This document shows positions 42,560 through 55,462 of a stretch of 64,000 nt of DNA, piece by piece; within the stretch, counting starts at the first letter, position 1; each line of letters starts with the position of its first letter. The translations under genes were made by a program, and so were the position numbers. The notes under the pieces are model-generated. The model had not been told where the DNA came from. It saw only the letters and a list, made by a program, of their open reading frames with translations, and did no database searches. This DNA comes from Psilocybe cubensis. Its lineage: Eukaryota. The DNA lies in NCBI GenBank assembly GCA_017499595.2, contig CM038998.1, forward strand, positions 2,294,001-2,358,000, read 5' to 3'.

Positions 42560-43336
42560 TCATGAACGTGGTTCTTTTGCCCAACCTCCAGCACGTTCGG
42601 CCTCCTCCTCCACTTCTCTGATGGCCTTACCGATTTCGCCATGCTCGTCCAAGTCCATCTCAACCATATCGCGGTGGAACTGTTTTCCGAACTGATTAAC
42701 GAGACCTGGTATCTCTTCGCGCAGTGATAGCGTCTGCTCAAGTTTTGACTCTATAGAACCAGCCTTGACGTCATCGAGGCCGCAGGCGACGATTTTGTCA
42801 AACCACGCGAGGGGTTCCCGGGTAATGTTTAGGGCAAAGCCGTGGGATGTGAGGCGGTGGCGAACCTGGACGCCAATGCTGGCGATCTTTGTAGTGGGGT
42901 CGAGAAAGACACCAGTATGTTCTGACGGGCTATGTGGGATGGCATGGGATTGCTGAAGATGGTTCTCGAGCAGTTTCTGGATGCGACAAACGTAGTCACG
43001 AGCGCCGATGGTTGGAGTGTACCTGGAGAGATCGATCAAGGGGTAGCCCACAATCTGGCCTGGACCGTGATAGGTGAGCTGACCGCCACGGGTGGCTGGG
43101 ACGAAGTCAGCGCCAAGGCTCTGGAGACGGCGGCGTTCGAGGTCTATGGAGGGGTCTGTCTGCCTGCGGCCTGCTGTGTATGTTGGACGGTGCTCGAGAA
43201 GTAGGAGAATATCTGGATGTGCTGCGCGGGGGCGAAGAGCGAGCTGGAGGGAGTGTATGCGCTGCTGGAGAAGCCAGGTGGCATGGTACGGGAGTGGACG
43301 AGCAAAGGAGTGGTACAAAATGGGCGGCAGGGACAT
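42560..43336 (-). CDS. LIP2: Lipoyl(octanoyl) transferase LipB/Lip2 (intronless)
   Basis: LLLEHRPTYTAGRR, RGGQLTYHGPGQIVGYP, KIASIGV, SHGFALN, IVACGL. Confidence 0.95.
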   Translation of the reverse strand: MSLPPILYHSFARPLPYHATWLLQQRIHSLQLALRPRAAHPDILLLLEHRPTYTAGRRQTDPSIDLERRRLQSLGADFVPATRGGQLTYHGPGQIVGYPLIDLSRYTPTIGARDYVCRIQKLLENHLQQSHAIPHSPSEHTGVFLDPTTKIASIGVQVRHRLTSHGFALNITREPLAWFDKIVACGLDDVKAGSIESKLEQTLSLREEIPGLVNQFGKQFHRDMVEMDLDEHGEIGKAIREVEEEAERAGGWAKEPRS

Positions 43337-43404
43337 GGCCGCAATTAACAAACTGGATCAAACTATATTTGGATCGCGGAGCGGAGCGATTGCCACGCGC
43401 CACA

Positions 43405-43437
43405 GATAAGGTAATTTGATTTTCAATTCTTCTTATC
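43405..43437. promoter_or_regulatory. Pair of inverted GATAAG sites (AreA/Nit2-type) upstream of the ammonium transporter
   Basis: GATAAG at 43405-43410 and CTTATC at 43432-43437, about 85-115 nt before the MEP ATG. Confidence 0.5.
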
Positions 43438-43521
43438 GCCAACTCAATATTAAATAAATGCCCTTATTAATAAATCCAGCCTGCCCGCCTTCCTCTCTTC
43501 GCTCACCTCTACCAACTATAT

Positions 43522-45492
43522 ATGGAGCCCAGACATGCACTGACTTCCTTCTCTCGTCTCTCCAGTCGTATGTCTTTTCTTTTTTGCCAGCTTCACTTCC
43601 TTACCCTTTTGCAGGCCAGTTAGGCGACCCTGGACAGTATGTCTTCCCCTCTCTTCTTTTTCGTCCGTTAATTCACCCTCCCAGATTCGACCGCGGCGAT
43701 GTTAGCTTCATTATTGTTGCTGGTGCCATGGTCTCCTTCATGGTCCCAGGACTGGGTATGTCTTTCCGTTGCTCTTCCTCGTCTGCCAGCCATCTCATTT
43801 GCCTCTCCAGCTTTTCTGTACTCTGGGCTCTCTCGTCGAAAGAGTGCACGTATGTAACGACCATCGTGCCGCCACAATGATCTCTGACGCTCTCGCTTTC
43901 AGTGTCTTTGATATGGGCCGTTGCAGCCAGTAACGCAGTCGTCATCTTTCAGTGGTATTTCTGGGGTTACTCTCTCGCCTTTTCTTCTTCAGCCACCAAT
44001 GGTTTCATCGGTAACCTCAAGAGTTTCGGCCTAAAGGACGTCGAAGCAGACCCGTCACCTGCCACCCCGCTCATTCCAGAAATACTCTATAGCTTCTTCC
44101 AGATGGAGTTTGCATGTGTAACCGCAGGTATCTTGATGGGAGGTCTCGCGGAGCGCGGTCGCGTTCTCCCTGCCATGGTCTTCATTTTCTGCTGGATGAC
44201 TGTTGTATATTGCCCTCTTGCATGCTGGATTTGGGCCACCCATGGTTGGGCATTTAAATGGGGCGTCCTTGATTTTGCTGGTTCGTTTATTTATTTTCTT
44301 TTTTTCGCATTTTGAACCGCGTTCTTATCAATAATATATATTCAGGTGGCGGCCCGGTTGAGATTGGCAGTGGCGTAGCTGGCTTGGCTTATTCCTGGGT
44401 TATTGGTCGGAGAAATGAGCGTGAGTTGCTCAACTTCCGTCCTCATAATGTCTCTTTGGTCGGTCTGGGCAGTGAGTTCGCTTCAATAAAAAGAGGAATG
44501 CCTCCACCGTTGTCATATTGACCATATTTTACTCTGATTTCAATTTAGCATTCATGCTGTGGTTCGGGTGGATCGGCTTTAACGGCGGAAGCGCGTTCGG
44601 CGCGAACCTCCGCGCTATCTTTGCAGTTTGGAATACCATGTTGGCGGCTTCGTTTGCAGGAATGGTTTGGTGTCTTCTTGATTTCCGCATCGAGCGCCGA
44701 TGGAGTATGGTCGGTTTCTGCTCTGGAACTATCGCCGGCCTTGTTGCAGCCACACCATCGTCTGGGTTCTTGAGACCATGGTCTTCGGTCATTGTGGGTA
44801 TCCTGTCAGGAACATTGTGTAACTTTGCCACCAAAGGTACGTCAGAGCACCACTTTCACGGCAAGTGTTGACCTGCTGACGACTCCCAATCTAGTTAAAT
44901 TTCTCCTGAGAATCGACGATGCTCTCGATCTGTTTGCTGAGCACGCGGTCGGTGGTATCGTCGGTCTATTGCTGAACGCGTTTTTCGCGTCCAGCAGCAT
45001 CACGGGAGCTGACAACGTCAGCAGCATTCCCGGAGGATGGGTAGAGCATCATTGGAAACAGTTATACATCCAATTCGCCTATGTTGTCGCAACATGCGCA
45101 TATACCTTTGTCGTCACCGCACTTGTCGCAAAAGCAGTCGATAGTATCCCTGGTTTGAAGTTACGCAGCACTCCCGAAGGAGAGATGCTTGGTATGGATG
45201 AAACTGAGGTACGGTTCTTCTTATCTAGGGTTTGATTGATGTTGACCAACTCTGTGCCCAGATTGGGGAGTTTGCTACAGATTACATTGAATTACGCCGC
45301 GATGTTGCCGATTGCTCTACTTTCGGGTTTTCGCGAGGCCATGCCTACAAATCTGGGGACGCACAAAATGAGAGGCACGCACAAAATGTTGTTCCAGATA
45401 GGAACACCAACGATACACGAAGTGAAAGCCAAGATCTGGAGACCATTGCAGAAAAACCTGAAAATGGAAACGGCACAACAACTCCATCATGA
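43522..45492 (+). CDS. MEP: Ammonium transporter (Amt/Mep family)
   Basis: Spliced MEPRHALTSFSRLSSRQLGDPGQFDRGD..FMVPGLAFLYSGL; QWYFWGYSLAF; AERGR; LDFAGGGPVE; LWFGWIGFNGGS; DDALDLFAEHAVGG. Confidence 0.95.
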
Positions 45493-45622
45493 GTATGCTA
45501 AAAATTACTACTGTATTACCTTTTCGTTTCACTTCTTTTAATTTGGCGATGTAATTTGTGTCACTTTTTAGTGTCCATTATCATATATCATAACGATTTG
45601 CATTGATGTCTGAGGTATACAA

Positions 45623-47620
45623 TTAACAATCCCAACCAAAGACGAAATCCTTCTGTTCGAATTCTTGTGTCGTCGGAGGTGTTTGAACACCCTCTTGGTT
45701 ATCATTCTCAAAAGCTGATATCCTTCGGCCGCAGATACTGGCGTTAAATTCTTCGTTAAGCATCAAATCAACAACATTTCGTGAAGAGATTGTTTCAGTC
45801 TCCATAGTAGAGATAAATCTAAAGCAACTCCGTTAGTACCCATAAGATATCAATAAGTTCAACTTACGGTTCAAACGAGTTAACGTAGTAAAGACCTCGT
45901 TCGAGCTTGACTGGTGGGAATGTGGTTGTAGGAGGAAGTTTGGGGTAAGCATCCCACTATAATAGGTCTTTAGCAAAAAAAAAATACGGGGAGAACAAAA
46001 GAAAGCAAGCACTGACCACTTTACGAAGAACCCATCCAACTTTCCCCAGGAACATATTTGCCAACCATTCGTCAGATATTTCTTCCTCTGAAAATATCTT
46101 CACAGCCCATTCTCCGTTCCCAATTTCCCCATGGTATGATAATGAATTGAATTCTGGTTTCTTCCCTCCTGTTCTAGCACCTTGGTAGGTGGTCAACATC
46201 ATACGAGGGAGTTCAGAGTTGGGTGGTAGGCCAAAGTACGCTGGATTGGGAAATGGAGAGCTCGTGGTTAACAGGGTAACATGAAGATGGACATAGGGAA
46301 CTTCTGGGACTTGGTCAGCGACAGTCAGTGGGAATGTTATTCCGGTGGATTGGAAGGGAGCTGCAACGATGACAGCTTGGTAGTCGATAGTTCCCCTGGC
46401 ACTCTTCAAGGCCCATAGTTGGGAAGATGAGGAGGAGGGTAAAACACTCGACACCTTGAATATACAACAAATCACAAATTTGCATGGGCAGTCAGAGGGA
46501 TATGCTGGGTACTCACTGGCGTATTGAGGTAGACATTGGCACCAGACCGGTTCAGAAAATTTTCAAAAATTTGAAAGTTTCCACCAGCAACACCACTAGC
46601 GCCGGTGCCAGCCATCGCACAAGCGCCTTCCAACGCGTGGATGTAGTCAACGTTCTACATGACATAATTAGGCAAATGAAGTAGGCATCGCGTTCAAAGG
46701 TTAAGCACGCATTACCTGGCCGTAATTGACGCGTGTTGCAGCCTCAATGACTTCAGAGGTATATTTCTGGGATACTCCTTGGGCCATGACGTATTCAGCG
46801 GTGGTCCGGTTGGTAAGTTCGGTCCAACCCAAAGTATCAGCGAGGGTAGCAATGCTATCCCATTTTGGAGTATCGGAACTGTAGAACACAAGGAAACGGT
46901 TGATCATGTTACGGACGCTAAAACCAAGGGTGGCTCAGTCAAGCAAAAGCAAGAAGAATGTAAATTGAAACGTTACAAAGCTTCTGCTCGTCTTGGAGAT
47001 AAGATGCCATATCGCCATAGAAGTTTTGCAGTGTCCCACCAGCTGCCTGTGAACTAGGCCGAGACCAGGCTCAACACCAGGATAATCATACGCACTAAAA
47101 AGGTCGACTTACCGAAAGCAACAACTGCTGGCCGTCCCAAATTCCTGTCGCGTAATCTTGGTCCTCAAATTTGCGGCGCGTAAGATTGAATTCATCCGAG
47201 GCACGCCACAGATTTTTGTTTGCTTCAACAAAGATGGACGCGCCCAGCTCGAGCTCCGTCAATGACCTGTTGTTGTAGGGGTACACGGTTGTACTTCCTG
47301 TGGGATAGGTATATTTCGAACACTGGCGAAGCAAAAGGCTGAGACAGGTACTTACGACCTCCAATATACGAGTTGCTCTCATAGACATCGACCACGACAT
47401 CAAGCCCGAAACGGAGCTTGGCTTTCGAGATCCAAAAGGCTGCAGAGCTGCCGGCTGCTCCTGCGCCAATGATAGCTATCCTTGGGATGGGTGGGGTAGC
47501 GGGCTGGTCGAGATGTGGGGTAGAGACTATGCTGGGTGAGGAAAAGAACTTGGGGAGGTGGAAGGGGAGCTGGAAGGCATGGGCAGCGGGGATGAGAAGA
47601 AGCCAGGGAGGAAATTTCAT
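45623..47620 (-). CDS. Prenylcysteine oxidase/lyase (FAD)
   Basis: Signal peptide; RIAIIGAGAAGSSAAF; ELGASIFVEANKNL; AATRVNYGQ; YVHLHVTL; METETISSRNV. Confidence 0.9.
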
Positions 47621-47835
47621 TTTGGGACAGCGGAGGTGGAGGCGAGTTGAAATGGACGAAGACACAGCCACAGATATGCCGGGGATTAGTCATCGGTTAT
47701 GTCAACGCTGTTGGGGGAAGAAATCCCACTGTGTTCAGCTCGCCCACGATGTCTGAAGGGTCATCCGGTCTCGCGATTAGTAAGGCTTTTGCATAGTCTG
47801 CGCTCTCTTCAGCTTGCTCTCGTCCATCTTGGTCC

Positions 47836-49622
47836 ATGCTCCCTTGTCTCCCTCAGCCAACTATACTGCCCCCCGGCCATGTCTCCCATTTCCGTAGATC
47901 CATCTTCACAGTTCCTGTCGAGCTTGCCCAGCATATTCTTTCCTTTTGCCATCCATGGGATGTAGCAACTTTCTCACAGACTAGTCGCGCTGCCTATGCT
48001 CTCGTATACCACCCCACTGATCAGTATCTCTGGCGCCAGCTCTTCGCCGCCTATCCGTTCGATTCCCCGCATTCCATAGCAGATATTGCCTGCAAAAGGG
48101 AGAAAGTCGACTGGAAAGGGGAGCTGACTAGTCGCATGAAGGTGGAGCGGGTTCTTTTTGACGGGCCAATGACCTCGTCCGACAAGCAGCACGTCCTGCG
48201 CACTCTGGTCACAGTCATTGAGGACTCATCATGGGCCGCATCACAGTATCGCTCTGACTGCAATATAAAATGGCTGAAACGGCTCGTTCAGCATTCTAGT
48301 CTCCTTCATAATATTTATTCAGTGCCAGAAACCCAGGACGACGCACAGGATTATGCCCGACTGAGGGCATATCTTGCCCTCTCTGTCATCGATGATAGGC
48401 ATAATATGCCTGCACATATGAAGCTTCTTGACAGGCGCGATTACAGCCGGGCTTATGTCTATAACCTGCTTAATTATACTGCAGAAAATAACTGGGGTCC
48501 CATCCGACAGGATGGAAGTGTTGATTGGATTCATGCCGAACATTTAGTTAACGTAGTCGCTTTAAATATTCGCGAACTACCGGGCAATTGGGCTAAAACG
48601 CGACCACCGACATGCATGGAAGGCCCTCGCACCTCCTCGTTTTCATCAATTAGAGATTTCGATGACTGGGCAGGCGTTGAAGGTACGCGATAAGTCAGTC
48701 ACACAACCTCATGGTACTGATAGTTAACAGGTACTTGGAGAAGATACGTTTCTTTTATGGACTATCGGTGAGTTTATGAAGAAGGTTGTCTATGCGTAGC
48801 TGAAAGGATCCGCCAAAACGACAGTGATTTGTTTGGCAAGTTGGATTGCTTTTTTTGCTTCTTACATCCTCATTAATGACCTACTTATTCTTAGCTTTTA
48901 ATGTATGTCTGACCAGACGCAGTGATGTCAATACTGATTCTGCGGGTGAAATCATAGTTTACTGAACTCGCTGACGGCCCAAGACACCCAAAGTTCTTCA
49001 AAGATCCTCGTTTCAGAGAAGCAACGAGACTAATCGAAGTCAAACTCGCTATTATCCCCGCTCACAGTCTACGGTTCCACAAGCTCGTCGAAAATTCGTA
49101 TAATTATGATTCTTACAAACCTATTTGTTTTTCCGGTTCCTCAAAAGGTGTTAACGGCAATGAGGCAGCTATAGAAGGTTCGGTAACAATGGGGAAAGAT
49201 GGCACGGCTCGTTGGCAGCTTGTTGGTTTTTTATTCCATTACGGTGTTAAGATAATCAATGGTTGATTTTGCTTTCTCAGATATCAATATATGATGGCCA
49301 CCCGCAGTGGAGGTGTGTATACTACATCCTTCTTTCCGTATTGACCCTGACTACGCTTCTAGCTCTAATGGGGTCCAACTTGGGGGTCTTCGAAGCGCTA
49401 TGGGCATAGTTGGTGTTTGGACAACTACTAACCATGATCAAGGCATGTATCTACCTTTTCAGGTCCGTTAAAACTATAACCATTAATTTCCCCCAAACAG
49501 ATGACCCAGCTGGTATGCAACTCTCATGTGTGTTTTGATCTCCATGATAACGTCCAACAGGTCCTTTTTGGCTTTGGAAAGTTGATGAAAATTCTCCCAC
49601 CCATCTCATGGAGTTTACTTGA
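47836..49622 (+). CDS. F-box domain protein (basidiomycete family)
   Basis: F-box-like IFTVPVELAQHILSFC; WGP..DGSVDW; DWAGVEGTWRRYVSFMDYRDLFAFN; WSSNGVQLGG; DDPAGPFWLWK. Confidence 0.75.
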
Positions 49623-49876
49623 TTGCATTTGGACATTAAGACACTATGATTGTTATGACTGTAACTCTTATACCTGTACTGCAAAAATACCCTGCCTTGA
49701 ATTTATGGAAGGATGGGACATATGTGCAAGCATGGCATATTTTATTCGCAGGTAGGTGTCGCAGTTCGATCAAGAAAGCGGTTCATGGTCAGTACAAGTA
49801 CATACTCTATTGCCGTATAGTTAATAAATCATTCGATAAATCCCTTTTTACGCTATATAAAAAATATTTTGAATGG

Positions 49877-50836
49877 CTAATGACGGTGCCGCCGTGCAAG
49901 GATTGTGCTTGCGAATAGATAGAGGGCCACGACGACGTATTCCATGATGAGGCTCAGTACTAGGTAAAGTATCCACTTTCCTGTGACAGGATTTAAGTCA
50001 GCGAGGGTGGTATTTGACGATAGCTTGGTCCCAAGCAGGTCTGATGAAGAAAAGGCTGCAATGACTGCATAGGCCATGCGAACACCGAGGAATGGCAGTG
50101 CACACGTTAGTCCAAAAAGCAGCTAAAAGACCAAAGATAAAAATTAATATACCGAGCAATTTGAATGTAATGGTGTATAGATGCTTACGCTGCGGCGATA
50201 GCTTCGCAAATGCCAACGGTATGTCCAAGTCCCGATGAATACCGCAAATATGATAACATACATTCCCGCATAAATACATACACCAGCACGACGCAGCGCT
50301 ACTGCGAGGGATTGATTGGCAGTTGATTCTCCGTTGAGTATACCGCCTGCAATACAGAGCCCCATGCCCCCTAGGCCAAAGATTCCAATCAGTCGGAGGA
50401 TAGTTGTTATTCTGGGATTTTCACTGTATGTGTGCTGTCCTCTGATATATAATGATCGTAAAATGGAAGAGGTCATTTGGATGAAAATATATGACTTACG
50501 CCATACCAATGAATCCTAACGAGGAAAATAGTAGGAATGCTAGTGCAGAGTAATCCATGATATATGCAGCATTGAATAGTATAGGTTTGGGTGGTACGAT
50601 CATTTCCGCAGCGACTATGAGAGCACCCTGAGCAAGGCGGGCTGAGTATAAAAGTCAGAACCAACACAATGTCAGTATTCAGAGAGCATACCAATTGAGA
50701 ACAAAAACAGGAAGAACCATCCGGCATCTCTTCTGAGAGCATATTTAATTACAAGTATAAAAGTGATGATGGCGATTGGGGCATAAAACGCAATCTGAGC
50801 AGCAGCTATCTGCCCTCGGGTGTCAAGTTGGGGCAT
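49877..50836 (-). CDS. Fungal multi-pass membrane protein of unknown function
   Basis: MPQLDTRGQIAAAQIAFYAPIAII...GWFFLFLFS; several hydrophobic helices; PFLGVRMAY; LIMEYVVVALY. Confidence 0.7.
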
Positions 50837-51073
50837 TATTCAGACAGGGGGTCGTAAGAGGTATCTCGGGGTCGTAAATTAGTAGCGGACAAAGCTGAAG
50901 TCAGCGGCCTGTCTGTGCTCGAAGAAGTTGAACCATCGTGCTTACCCTAGAAAGGCAATTCGGAGACACATTATGTTTGCACAGCCACACAGATCAGTGA
51001 TCGGTCATTGGCTTCTGCCTTCGGATTAGATAAGACTCTTGTCGGAAGCTTTTTCTGGTCTTTCTGGTCAACG

Positions 51074-52784
51074 ATGAGGCTGCCTCGAAGAGTTCCCTGG
51101 TCGTCTCCTGCAGAATTGGAGCAACTCTGCGCGTCTATTTACGGAGATGAAAATGACATAGACTCCAAGATATTTGCAATAAATAGAGTGCGCCAGCCTT
51201 TCTGTCTTCATCCTTATTTCAATTTCAACTCGTGTACAGATTTCTGCATGGAAAGTAATAACATCGTTACCCCACGCTCTGGAGTCAACTCTTGCTATTC
51301 TCGTCGTCATTGTCCATGACAAGAGGCAGGAATCTTTCTCAAAACTTCTTTTGCGGCAGAGTTATGCAAATGCTATACTCAGACTTGTCAACGGGCTCGT
51401 TGACCCTCTGCAAGTGGGCACGTACGCTAGGTCAATTACCTCCATAGCCCAGCAGCTCGGGATTCCGAACTGGTTAGTAGAACTTCGACACGCCTCTACT
51501 CACGAGGATCTTCCGAGTCTTGATCTTCTACGAGAGGCTGCAAGGCAGGTGCGTTTTTTTTTCTTCTTTACCAGGTACTATATTCAATACTGTTTCGTCA
51601 ATAGTCAATGGCCTGGTTGCTACACAATTATTTCCTCCCCACTATCAACCCCTTAACGAATGCATTGCATTCGTCTAGCACTGTCAGGCCGCTATCTCCA
51701 ATGCTAAAGATGTACAGAAATACTATGAAAGTCGTTACAAGAGACGCGTCTCTCGTTTCGCAATACAAGTCTAAGCTTGTCAACTTGATGAGAGACATAG
51801 AACGATGGATAGCTGAGACTAAAGTCGTTGCAAATATTTCTTCTGCAGAATTTGGTTGGATAGGACATTCGTCGGTTGACAGCATTCCCTTGGATGAAGA
51901 TGTCAAAGAGGTATGGGCTTTGGAAAAATTCTGCGACGCTCTGGCAGAAAAGGGAATGCTCGTACCGTTGTCCAGAAAGTAAGCACATTCAGAAAGAATC
52001 ACATCACTTTAATTAACTAACAATAATACATCATCAAGGAAGCGCCAGTACTCCACTGATACGTTGACTCCTTCAAAGACTTCCATTGCTCTATGGGATC
52101 CACTCATAGAACACGTGCAAGCCATCCATCCCGACTTCTCTTATGTCTTCTGCCGACGATTTTGCTCGATACTCATAACATCTATCTCAAGAGATGACGT
52201 ACCTCAAACCACGGAAACCAAAAATGATCCATCTTATCAAGATTATATAGCTTGTTGGGTGGTATGGATGATTCAAATTTGGCGGGAAGATACACCTACA
52301 CATCTAGACCTCAAACGTTACGTCGTATCGGTGCTCATGAAAGGACTAGGTCATGAAGTGGCAGATTTGCCAAGCCGTTCAGCGTACTGTCATTGTTAAT
52401 GTTACTATTTGCTCTCCACTTACTTTGACTTTTGGATAGAATTGTTACATTACTCAAGAAAATTTCAGCTGGACAACGTGAACTTGAAATGATGACCCAA
52501 TTAATCATCAATCGACCAAAAGCATCGGTCATGGTAAGCATCTTCAACGTTTTCTGAATATATAATATTCATCTCAATTTCGTCAGGTCTGGAAGCCGGA
52601 CGATCTAGAAGTAATGAAGGAAAGGCACAATATACTCCAATCTTATGAATCTTTCCAAGCAACATCAAATAGCACAGAACCGGCTGCAACAACATCTCAA
52701 CAAATTTCGATTCCCGGCTGGCATGCTATGGATGAGAATGCCTGGCGGCCGTGCCCGATTGGAGTTTATAAAGAAAATAGATAG
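51074..52784 (+). CDS. LAS1: Las1 HEPN endonuclease (ITS2 pre-rRNA processing)
   Basis: MRLPRRVPW, PHALEST, RQSYANAILRLVNGLVD, WLVELRHASTHEDLPSL (RHxxxH), C-terminal W..WRPCPIG. Confidence 0.92.
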
Positions 52785-52879
52785 CAGTACAAGCATCATT
52801 ATCATAATATAGATCGTTGTAGCAAAGCAAAAAATTTGAACTCCATTATGAAGACAAAATTTGGAAACAAACACCAATA

Positions 52880-54904
52880 TCACGGTGTTTTAGGCACTTT
52901 GCGGACAGGGCCAACATATCGAGATTGCTGGAGCACAATGTTTTCGTTCCGTCCCGTTCCTGTTGTCCCACTTCCCTCACTCGGACTGTCATTGGCCATC
53001 CTTCTTTCACTGAAAGCTTCACTTCGTTCCGGGGAAATTGGAGGGTACCGTGGTGGCAGTTCTACAACTTGCGTTCCTTCTTGATGGTATATCGTCACAG
53101 GTGGTATTTGACTGTCATGGTGAAGCACATAGAGATTCTGAGCTGCAGGGGCACTAGGCCCAACAATAGATTCGTGAATTGAGCTTATGGCACCTCGATG
53201 ATTTGGGGTGAAATTTTGGGTAATTGCGCGGGAGCGACCTTGTTCATCTGACGTTGAAAATTCCGCATAATGCTCCTCTAAACCCTGTCCTCTGTTCACT
53301 CGAGAAGATGGATTGGAATTGGTGATGGAATTAGTGAAGTTCCCGAAAGAGGAAACAGTGGTAAGAGGCCTGGATTGAGCTGGCTCATGTGGTTCCTCGA
53401 ACATTTGAACCCGAGGTGTTCCCATTGGTGCTGGATGCGCTTCCACAAACCTTTGCGAATGAATCTTCTCATTTTGACGTCGCTGCAATACTGTGAATGC
53501 ACCTAGAATTCCGAAAACAAGGCCCACAGCAAGGGCACCAACACTGGCACCTATCGCAATGGGCAATTTTACCTCTGTGTCGGATCTAGACAACCAGATT
53601 TAAAGAAAAAGAACTAAACATTGTGCGGCAACCATAACTTGAACTTGTTTTACCTAAGCGTAGAATTTCCAGCAAGACACGCAATCGTTCCTCCACCTCC
53701 AGCATGAAGTGGTCCGTTGGCCCACATGTTTCCGTTTGCATCGACGAGGCTGATGAAGAAGGGTGACGCCCAAGATAGACTAACAGTCCAATTTATTGCC
53801 TCGTTATTTAGCGTTGTAATATTGTACGGAGGATGAAGGGCAGGCGCAACCTAAAAATAGTTCAACATAATCATAGCTAGAGCAAGAATGAGATCTCATT
53901 ACAGTGAGCGTGTACGGAGCTGTACCGTTGACGGGTGTGATTGAGATATCAGTGCACTTCAGGCGATGAATATGGATCGAAGAAAAGTTGAACACATGAT
54001 TGACTTACTTGATCAACCCACCCAAACTGCGACATAGGCCCATTTTCGACCACTGCTTCTACGCCCAGTGAAGAAGCAAACGTTATGTTGGCACAATTTG
54101 GAGTCGAGCTCGAAGGAATGACCGTGTATGTCGCCTGGCAGCCTCCCGTGTTGCCAAATTTGTCGAACTAACCTGGCATAAGGAACCCATATTCAGCAGT
54201 AGAGTCATATACAATAATACCATGCATATTTGGTACTGTATGTTTGTATGGTCAATAAACGGCTCGACGATAAAACTAATATGCCACTTACGAGTGTTCC
54301 CGGAGAAAACGGGACAGCCCAGTCCTAAAGAAGCCATAATTAGCCCGCGAAAGATGAGATGTATAATCATTGCGCACGTAGCTAAGAACATCCCCTACTG
54401 GGATGATGAAAGGAATCGTATACGCTCTGCATGATGATAACTTAGCAGTAGAAACAACAGGAATTCGGACAACTCTGGCTTACGAAGTGTAGACTTGAAG
54501 GTAATATGGTGCCGTCGGATTGGGCCTGCAAATAATCATTAAACCGAGAAGGATGAGTTCTGCCTTGGCTATACCCTATAGCGGTGCTCCTGGACCATGT
54601 AATATGGATAATTTCGCATTGCTCTATATTTTATGGCTGGAGAAGTACCTCCCAAGTACTTAGCAGAGTAATACATACCTGTAACAGGTATTGGAATCGG
54701 TTGGCCTGGTTTATCCCAGTCAAAGAAGAAAGACTGTCGTAAAATTTTGGCTGTAAAAAAGAGAACCATTGGGTTGCAGATAGAATGCACCTGAGTTAGA
54801 AATGGAGTGACATTGGCCACCGTGCAGTGAACATGGCAGAAGCAGGCCAGCGTGAAGAAAATCGAGCCACGAAGCCAGAACTTGGAGGGCTTGAACGGCG
54901 GCAT
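52880..54904 (-). CDS. Fungal single-pass (type I) membrane protein with extracellular beta-rich region and cytoplasmic PPxY
   Basis: Signal peptide; exons with APYYLQVY and GTAPYTLT; TM IAIGASVGALAVGLVFGILGAF followed by RR; tail YVLHHD..ELPPRY. Confidence 0.7.
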
Positions 54905-55462
54905 CACAACAGGTCTCACAGTTCCGTGAAGCATCAACAAGAACGAAGTGGGCAGCAAACTACTAGCGCTTTGTCTCCGACAGCTTTATAAAAGCTGTGT
55001 CGTGACAGGGGGAGAAGCGAGACTACATTGACGAGTGGTTTGCGGAAGCTAGAAATAGATGAAGTATGAAGTAGGGCTCATTCTCGAAGAACGGTTAACA
55101 GTCGAGGCAACACAACTTTTACAAGTAGAAGCGTGAACGATGATTGAACAACGAACGAGCCGGGGAAGGTACCTGAGCTATACAAGAGAATTAGATTGGT
55201 GAACACGGCAAATCATGGCTGGACATAGTCGGAGTTGAGCATTCCCTAAGTATTCCCTCGAGGCAGAGTTGAGTAAATGCCGACATAGATCAATTGTTAG
55301 TTCAAGACAAATTCAATTTAAATTACATACACAGATAAGATAAAAATAACTCATCGGAAAATACTAGAACACAATTACTCAAGCAATCTGGGTTTATGTC
55401 ATGTCCTCCGAGTCAATCTACTACTATCTATAGTCAGCCTAAGCCTTTTGTCCGTAGCTTCC

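Noticed and set aside
43458-43623. Alternative MEP starts at ATG 43458 or 43570
   Set aside because: 43570 lies in a predicted intron and hits a stop at 43621; 43458 needs intron read-through. ATG 43522 with intron 43568-43614 gives a clean frame.
50848-50877. Direct repeat GGGGTCGTAA x2 near the membrane-gene start
   Set aside because: Only two 10-nt copies, with no array or mobile-element context.
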